DNA from: Spirochaetia bacterium
Lineage (GTDB): Bacteria; Spirochaetota; Spirochaetia; DSM-2461
DNA: 64,000 nucleotides
Direction: 5' to 3'
Assembly: GCA_963666985.2 (NCBI GenBank)
Contig: CAXXIA010000002.1
Coordinates: 1,504,001-1,568,000, forward strand
The notes under the pieces were generated by a model. It was not told where the DNA came from. It ran no database searches and worked only from the letters and a program-made list of their open reading frames with translations. The stretch's first letter is position 1. Each line of letters opens with the position of its first letter. A program made the translations under genes and the position numbers. Below are positions 56,326 through 64,000 of the stretch, piece by piece.

Positions 56326-59300
56326 TCTCCCCGGATAACGTCCAGCCGTCCGCCGCTCCGTCCGAACACTTCGGGTTCGAATTCAAGGCTTGCCGTCGCC
56401 GGCGGCGTGGGATAAACGCCCGGAGTGGTGGTACGAATCAGGAAGGTGACCTCCCGGCGGCCGGCGTAGAAATCCTCCCACATGTAGGAAACGGCATTAT
56501 CGTAGATTTTCTGTATCGGCCTGTAGAACCAGTAGGCCCATCCCATGGGACCGGAGAAGGCATAACCGTCCGCCGCAACGTCCATCTCATCGCCGTAGAC
56601 CGTCTCCCTCGTCCAGCTCTCATCACCGGTGCCGCCCGCGTCGGCATAGCTTCCGGTAATAGCCAGACTGGGGTCGACGATTTCCGCGCCCGAAGGTACC
56701 GGAACGACGAGCTTCAGGAAACTTCTCCGGGAAAGGGTGCTCACCGAAACGCGCATGCGCAATGTTTCGCCCAGAGGAAGCGCGGCCGCATCCACGGGTT
56801 CTCCGCCGAGGGTTTCAATGCCGGTGATGACTTCGATTCCCTCGTCCCTCGCAAGCGCCGTTTCGGTAGGGAGCGCGTAGGTCAGCGTTGCCGTGTAATA
56901 AAGATTCCCGCGGCCGTCCTTGGAAATAGTTATCTGCGCCGGCTCGCCTTTCTTCAGAGATGAAAGCGGAGGTTCGTTAAACGCGAAATCCGCGGACAAA
57001 GAGTCCCCTTTCCGTGTTCCGATTTTTTCCTCCAGAAGACGATCTTCACCGACATCCAGGGTAAGCTTGTAAGAGGGACGTTTCGACTCCTCGGCCAGAA
57101 GCGGCAGGAAGCCGGAAATAATCCAGAAGTCGTCGAATCGGGAATGGAAACGCCGAGAATTCCGCTGACCGTTCAAAGCGTTCGCAAGTCTTAAGATAAA
57201 TTCCTTGTCTTCTCCGAACATCACCGCGGTTCGGAGCATAAGAGCCGTCTGGGCCTCGGTGGTGGAAAAATATCCGGCCCTTTCGTAAGTCTCCTTCACG
57301 TCGATGCCGCGCGTTCCCACGGTAACGAAGTTCTTGCTTCGGTTATAGAGAGACTTGGATTCCCGCGACATATTCAGAGCATCGTAGGCCTGTGCAAGAA
57401 GGTTGTAGCCCGCGATGCCCAGACGATCTTCCGCATTCATGAGCCACGCCAAATCCGCTGTGCCGACGCCGCCCGATTCGGCGAGAATCAGCGCACTCCA
57501 GGATGCCAGAAACGACGGCTCGTCGTCTTTTTCGGCTTCCTTCATCCGGGATGCCAAGTAGCCGTTCAGACGTTCCCGGTCCACTTGGGAATCAAAGGGT
57601 CCTTCAAACCGTTCAATTTCCAGAGCCGCATACGCGGTGAGCGCCGAAAGGAACCAGCTGGATCGGGCGAAATCAACGGTCGGCGGCCGGTATCCGATGC
57701 CGCCGTCGGGGAATTGGAGGTCTTCCAGAGCATCGAACACGTCTTTCTTATCCCGCGCCCGTCCTTTAAGAGCCAAATCCGCGATAAGGGCGTACAGCTC
57801 ATCGTTCAGGGAGGGATAAAGCACGCTTGTAATGTTGTCCAGCGCCGGCTGAATATGAGGCATAAGGGTGGAATCGGCGGTAAAGTTCAGCCCGCCGTAT
57901 CCTTCCGCGGCATGCTGCGGTACAACAAGCGCCTCATGAACCGATGGAACCTCCCCGCCGTCGTTATTGCCGTCAAGAATGGCGCCGATGGTGGCGAAGG
58001 CCTCCGTTACCAGAGGCCGCTCCACCTTTACGGTATCTTCCAGAACTTCGTTGAGAACCTCACTCCGTGTTGTAAAGCGGATAACCCCTTCGCCTTCTTG
58101 AACGGCCTCCAGGACAAAGGGAAGTTCCACGGTCGCGTTCGCCGGAAGCGTAACGGTTTTCTCCTTCTCACCGGGTACGGCGAGAATATCGGATTCAACC
58201 GAAACCGTTACCTTATGCTCTTCTTCGGTGGTGTTGGTGAGCACCACGCCGGCGGCGGCGGTATCGCGGTTGCGGAAGCGCCGAGGCAGGGCGGTACGGA
58301 CGTTGATGGGGTTGCGAACCTGGAATTCATTCTCGTCATACCCGAGCTTAACGCCGCTGAGCGCCACGGCGGTAAGCCGGTACGTGCTCAGGTTGTCGGG
58401 AAGATGCACTTTCACCGCAGCGCGTCCGTCCGGACCGGTCGTGGTGAACGGTTCAAACAGCGCCAGGGGATTGAAATCCTTGCGCTCCTCGATTTTGGCA
58501 GAGCCGCCGCCCTGAAGATTGGAGATTTCGTAAGTAACGGGCCTCAGCAGAAGCCGACGGCTGTCGTCGCCCATCACGCCGTGGGCGAAATGATCTTCGG
58601 AATAGAAGTATTCCAGCGGATTGGGCACATGATAGCCGATTAAATCCAAAACTCCGCGGTCCACGGCGAGCAGGGTTACCTCGGCTCCCGCCACGGGCTT
58701 GCCGTTGCGCGTTACATCCACGATTACCTCGGCCTCGTCTCCGGGGCCGTAGGATTCCCGCGCGGTCCGAACCGCCACGTCGAGTTCCACAGGGACCGTA
58801 TCGACACGAACCGTCGTCAGTCCGAACAGTCCCCGCGGGCGTCCGAGGTCCGGCTCGAAATAATCATCTTCGGTCTCGGTTCGTTCGGTACAGCTTGTTA
58901 AGGCTACGAAGAAAACGGGAAGGTATTCCTCGCGGATGGGAACTTCAATCACCTCGTTGGACCCCGTCAGGGAGATCACTTTCTGATCGAGAATGCCTTC
59001 CCTTTCAATACTCAAAAGATAGCGGCCCTTGGCAACGGGCGACTGGACCAGGATGCGCGCCGTCTCTCCCGGTGAGTAGAGTTCCTTGTCCGGAATCATA
59101 TTAATGTCGCTGGGCGTGCGGCTGGCTCTCTGCACCCATCCGCTTCCGGTTGCGTAAAACTCGATTTCCGTTCGGGCCGTGCGGCCGGCCGCATCGATGT
59201 ATTCGAAAAACAGCTTATAGCGGCCGGGATTATCAACCGAAAGAGTAAACTCGGCGGCGCCTTTCTTCAGGGCCTTCTTTTCACGCCACAGTTCTTCCTC

Positions 59301-62265
59301 AACATACTCCCAGCGTGTGTTGACGCGGCCGTAAAGGCCCTGCTGGGCAGCGGATTTCCACTCGCCTTTTATCAGGCCGACACTGAGCGGGGCCTCAACT
59401 TCGGGCCGATCGCCCTCGATGTCGGCCAGGCGCGCCTGAACCGTTACATCATCACCCACGGGAATAAAATGCGACCACCATCCGCTCGCATCGCCGCCTT
59501 TGAAGCGGGCCCCGACGTAGTATTCGGCCGGATGAACCACAGCCGAACCGACGCTGGAAACAACCTGCCGGTCAACATCTTCAACCGTGGTTTCCAAAGT
59601 GTAGCTGTAGGCCTTGCCGGTTACCTCATGGTCCACCGTTCCTTCGCTGATTCTGACCGAACCCGCTCCGGAAAGATTTCCGTCACCGGAGGAGAGGGTC
59701 TGTTCGGGTGCCCAGTCGGATGTGCCGAATTCCCAATCCTTCCACTGCGTTCCCGGAGGGATGAACCGGAAGGGTTTTCTCGTCCAGTAATAATGATACG
59801 ACGCGGACGGCATGGAGCCCCCGGCAAGGTAGGAGGCCTTCACTCCGGCTTCAATGGTATCGCCGTGGTACCGGGCGATGTCCTCGAAGGAGGTTTCCAC
59901 CTGGAACGCCGTGCGGCGGAAAGCGGCGATTCGGAAGGATTCGGATGTGCGGAAGTCTCCGCCGCTGCCGGTATAGGAAATTTCGTACGTGCCGGGTTCC
60001 ATATCGTCGGGAAGGGTCAGCCGATGAGCGAATCCGCCGGATTCGGATGTTTTTCCTTCCGCGGACCAAACGACATTACCCGTCATATCCTCGATGATGG
60101 AAATATCGTAACGGCCCGTATAACTTTCAAAGCCGTCGGGGCTCTGTATCCAATGGATTCCCCGCAAGGCCAATTCCTCTCCGCTTTTGTACAGTCCGCG
60201 GTCGGAGAACATATGGATGCGATGAACCGGTTCGGCGGCCTTCTCCGGCCGCCTGACGTTGTACACCCCGAAGGAATACGAATCGTGCGTGTTCTGAACG
60301 CGCATCTCCGCCAGATCGCCTTGATATTCCGCACGAATATGAACGCTGTCTTCAGCCGAACGTGAAGATCTGTAAAATCGGCGCGGGAATTCACCTTCGG
60401 GAATCGCAACAACCGCAAGTCCCGTTGAATCGGTTTTTCCCTTGTATTCATTGCCCCGCAGATTGAAAACCTTCACATCGGCACCGGAAACAGGTGCGCC
60501 GTCCGAAAGCCTGTTCACCCATACCAGAACACGGTTGTACGCCACCCGAACGGACAATCCGAGGTTGGTTACCTGAACGGCCACGGAATCGCCCTTCCAA
60601 GACCGGAACGAATCAACCAATGTCGGATCCAAATGCATCGCGTATGTTATGTCGACCGTTCCGTATCCGTCCTCCGAAAGATAAGGACTCAAATCTTCTT
60701 CATGGAAAAACGTGAAATCGTCTTCGGCACCGCTGAAATCAACCTCTTCCATGGGAACTTCGGCCGAGGGAGAATCGTAATAATTTTTCGCGCCCCTCAT
60801 ACCCAAAGATCCCTCGATAACGTTTCGGGACGTCCAGACAAGAGACGGTTGGAACTCGGCTTCCAAATGCCTCAGGCCGGAATAATGACTCGGAAAATCC
60901 ACGATGGGCGTCGGCCGGGGGATGGTTTTCTTCAAATGCACCGGACGGGCATTCCGGCCGAACACATCCTTCACGCCGTTCGGCACGTCGAGTTCCACCA
61001 CCTGTCCGGGTCGAATACCCGGAAGATAAAACGAAATCGAGGACCAGGAAACAGCGACATCTTCGGGGACCGCCGCCTTCCCGTCCACGGTAAGGGAAAA
61101 ACTGGGCAAAACGGCTTCCTGATCCAAAGGATGGGAAAACTGCAGCACCACGGGGAAGGAAAAGGGACGATTGTCATTGGGGAATTGACCGGCATAGGCC
61201 GAGAGACGCTCCGCGGTGAACGGGCGGATGGTCCAGAGAGATTGAGTCTGGTCCTTCTGCGTGGCCGGATAACCCTCGTAGGGAACGGCGCCTTCGACGA
61301 GCGTAACTGTCATTCGCGCGCTTTCGGCGGGCTCTTCGGCAAGACTGATAAGAACCGCGCGATCGGTCCGGCTCTTAAGACGCTCAGGGTAGTCCGGGCG
61401 GCCTACGGTAAAGCGCTGAGGACTGTTTTTCACGGAAACGGCAATGGCTCTCCCAATCGTTTCGGGATCTACCGGCTGGTTGAATTCCAGGGTGATGTAC
61501 CTGGCGATTTCCGTGGGTACGTCATAAAGATCCACGGCGGCATCGGCATCATTCCCGGGAAACATATTCACCATCTTCACGCGCTCGCCGAACACGTCGA
61601 AGGAAAAATCTTCCTTGAGTTCCTTACCCGCGAGAGAGGTGATATCGCCGGAGATGGTAATCCTGTAGCGGGGAACGTCAATCAGAGGCCGATCCGGTCT
61701 GAAACCAAGGGTTTTGGTTCCGTACCAGCGATAGGTGCCTTCCATGGGAGGATCCAGCACAAGAAGGGGCGATTCCCGTATCACTTCTCCAAGAGCCGCA
61801 ATGGGAACCATCGGCTGATTGAACATCACGTAGATATTCGGCCGCCGATTCTCCGCCGGAAGCTCTCCCACCGGTCCGTAATCCGCGATTTCCAACACCG
61901 GAGCGTCATCGGAATCCATCGGAACATCGCCGACGATTCCGGAGGAATTGACCGACCAGTACCGGATGGTTCCCTTTGAGAGATCGATGGATTCCTGAAT
62001 CAGCCCCTCGTGCTCACTCCGCTTCCGTTCAACAGCCTGAATCAAAAGCTCCGCATCCGAGGCGGCATCATCAGTCAAAAGCGTGCTCTGCACATCCCGA
62101 AACGCATCTTCCCTCTCCGCGGCGTTTCCGGCGGCCATCAGGCCGGAGAGATCGACATTCGATTCCTTGTCGGCCCCCGCCTTTTCGACCGTCCTTCCCG
62201 CAGGAAAAAAGCAGTATAAGGGCCGCGAAGGCGACAATGACGATTTTCGGGTTTAAGCGACTCAT
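56322..62265 (-). CDS. Bacterial alpha-2-macroglobulin-family lipoprotein with an apparent +1 frameshift near the 5' end
   Basis: FSDRGLYK (MG2), DKELYSPGE, LAVDRGVL, LPDNLSTYR, LPRRFR, TTPGVY; signal peptide/lipobox MSRLNPK...LLFSC at 62265 is out of frame with the 1971-aa ORF. Confidence 0.88.
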
Positions 62266-62297
62266 AACTATCAATCCCCTTATCTCGGACTTAGAGA

Positions 62298-62399
62298 GAG
62301 ACGATTTCATCTTTCACGAAAGGACCTTTACGACGGCCGAAATCCCGCCAAACGTTTTGGCGGAGTTTCATTAAAAATCGCTGATTTTAAAATCGTCTC
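62298..62399. repeat. ~102-bp MITE-like element with 10-bp terminal inverted repeats
   Basis: GAGACGATTT ... AAATCGTCTC; internal hairpin CCGCCAAA/TTTGGCGG and the AAAAATCGCTGATTTT palindrome. Confidence 0.5.
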
Positions 62400-62540
62400 A
62401 CGAACAGTCTAGAACAAAAGCGGTTTTGAATCATGAATCATAGGATTATGTATCGGATGATCTCCAAAGGCGTTCTCTTCGACGCCCGCTTCCATCATGT
62501 TTCCGAGGACTTCATAACGCTTCGGAGCCGCCTTTTTTCG

Positions 62541-63218
62541 TTACCGCCACGTAACATCGGCATCAAGAAGTCCGGCAAAGCGCAGACAGTACTCGATGTC
62601 CTCATCCCTGAGTGCGGGACCTTCGGGACCTTCACCGGCGGCGACGGCCGCCCGATAGCGTTCCATGATCGCCGCAACCGGCGTCGAAAGAAAATCTTGT
62701 ACGCTTCGGATTCCGATATCGAAGAAGAAACGAACAAAAACCGGTCCGATTCCGTTAACCCTCAGTAAATCGGCGTAACCGGCGATTTCTTCGATCCGAT
62801 CCGTATCCACGCCGATTTCCGCTGAAAGCATGGCGCGATCGGACTTGCTTGAAATCCGTTCGTAGACATCTTTCGTTGTTTTAATGCCGATTGACGTAAA
62901 GGCTTCAATTTCATAATCGCTGAACAGACCGGTACCGGCCAGAGAGAGAGGTTTTTTCGCGTATCCGGAAATGTCCCGCCGAAGAATATTTAAATACTCA
63001 CTCATCGTTCCGAGTTCATTCGCGAGCTGCTGATAAGCTTTTTTGTTCTTTAAAAGAACGAACACCCCGGAAAGATCGGAAACGCCCTTTCCGGCGAACG
63101 CCGCGAGAACATCATCAAGTCCGTCCAGCAGAATGCGGCGGCTCGGCGGAAGATCCTGCGTTCGCAAAAGGAATGCATACTCTTCAAGCGTAATACGTCC
63201 AAGATCCGTTTCGTACAT
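62541..63218 (-). CDS. DUF4332-like helix-hairpin-helix protein
   Basis: ADLLRVNGIGP, IGIRSV, repeated GIKTTKD/GVSDLSG units; TTGACG-N17-TGTACT promoter. Confidence 0.72.
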   Translation of the reverse strand: MYETDLGRITLEEYAFLLRTQDLPPSRRILLDGLDDVLAAFAGKGVSDLSGVFVLLKNKKAYQQLANELGTMSEYLNILRRDISGYAKKPLSLAGTGLFSDYEIEAFTSIGIKTTKDVYERISSKSDRAMLSAEIGVDTDRIEEIAGYADLLRVNGIGPVFVRFFFDIGIRSVQDFLSTPVAAIMERYRAAVAAGEGPEGPALRDEDIEYCLRFAGLLDADVTWR

Positions 63219-63352
63219 AATTCCAGTACACGGCGAGGCGTAATTTTCGTCAAGAATCCTTTAACGATGGAGAGAGAAAAGTGAGGAAAAACACGAACAA
63301 CCGTTTTTATTATTCCGGACGTTCAATAAACATCTTAAAAAAAGTGTTCGAA

Positions 63353-63559
63353 TTATGTACCTTCATTCCCAACGGCATAATCTTCCTCTTCGTCCTCGCC
63401 GGAGTCCAGAGGTTCTCCTCTGAGCATCGCAAGATATTCGGAAGCGTCATCCGAGGTTCCGGAGTCCTTATCAAGTTTCTTCTGGATTTTCTCTTTGCGT
63501 TTCTTTTGCTTTTTCAGTTCCAGTTGTCTTTTTTCGTACGAGTAATGGCTTTTTGCCAA
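63353..63559 (-). CDS. Small basic/acidic hypothetical protein
   Basis: YSYEKRQLELKKQKKRKEK followed by an acidic tail; AAGGGGAG RBS before TTG. Confidence 0.7.
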   Translation of the reverse strand: MAKSHYSYEKRQLELKKQKKRKEKIQKKLDKDSGTSDDASEYLAMLRGEPLDSGEDEEEDYAVGNEGT

Positions 63560-63625
63560 CGATCTCCCCTTCTTTCGGGACTATTCGGCGGCCGAAAGCG
63601 AAAAGCTTCACAACCGCCGACTATT

Positions 63626-63898
63626 TTAGTAGTCCCGACGAGGGCGTTCGCTTCGCTCCCGGGCCACGCTGACTTTAAGTTCGCGACCCATGTGCTCTTT
63701 ACCGTTCAGTTCTTCAATAGCCTGATCGGCAGCCGCATCATCTTCCATTTCGACGAAACCGAATCCTTTGGATCGATTGTCGTAGCGATCGATGATAACT
63801 CGGGCGCTGATAACAGTACCGTACTGGCTAAAAATTGTCTCGAGTTCTTGATCGTCGGCGGTATAGCTCAGATTGCCGACATAAAGTTTCTTGGGCAT
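63626..63898 (-). CDS. RRM (RNP-1) RNA-binding protein
   Basis: KLYVGNL (RNP2), KGFGFVEM (RNP1); AGGAGG RBS. Confidence 0.96.
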   Translation of the reverse strand: MPKKLYVGNLSYTADDQELETIFSQYGTVISARVIIDRYDNRSKGFGFVEMEDDAAADQAIEELNGKEHMGRELKVSVARERSERPRRDY

Positions 63899-64000
63899 TC
63901 ATGCCTCCTGGAAAATAAATAACTCCATAAAGTTCGGCAAAGTTCGATGAAAGCTGATGGAACGGTGAAGGGGAAAAGGGTCAGGGCGGGAATAGCCGGA

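Noticed and set aside
57585..61979. Several 300-450-aa plus-strand ORFs
   Set aside because: Antisense shadows of the macroglobulin gene

Overview
A GC-rich, densely coding bacterial chromosomal segment. The gene set (FlgM with a sigma-28 promoter, GHKL-HDOD protein, LolA-like/MMPL operon, lipoproteins, outer-membrane barrels, alpha-2-macroglobulin-PBP1C) suggests a free-living diderm, probably a spirochaete; this is inference only. It opens in an IS1182-family transposase. It then carries PfkB kinase/MtlD-like, lspA, Nif3, Lon-like protease, glutaredoxin, TrmH, flgM, rsmI, Fur/PerR, a chromate-transporter pair, GH3, MATE, a diguanylate cyclase and DMT/Crp genes. These are followed by a TetR-HlyD-ABC efflux operon, a sugar ABC-esterase-YesMN operon, a putative lipid-transport cluster, an AT-richer KdpDE/TrkH islet, pbpC with a frameshifted alpha-2-macroglobulin gene, and an RRM protein. 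I saw no rRNA, tRNA, CRISPR array or recognisable defence system, and no single clearly novel multi-gene system. Most notable: ~108-bp structured direct repeats bracketing the efflux operon; a +1 frameshift separating the lipoprotein signal from a thioester-less macroglobulin; a USP-first KdpD/KdpE pair linked to TrkH rather than KdpFABC; at least eight apparently leaderless genes; a 14-bp VNTR; and in-frame insertions in several enzymes. All product calls come from motif recognition by eye, not database searches.
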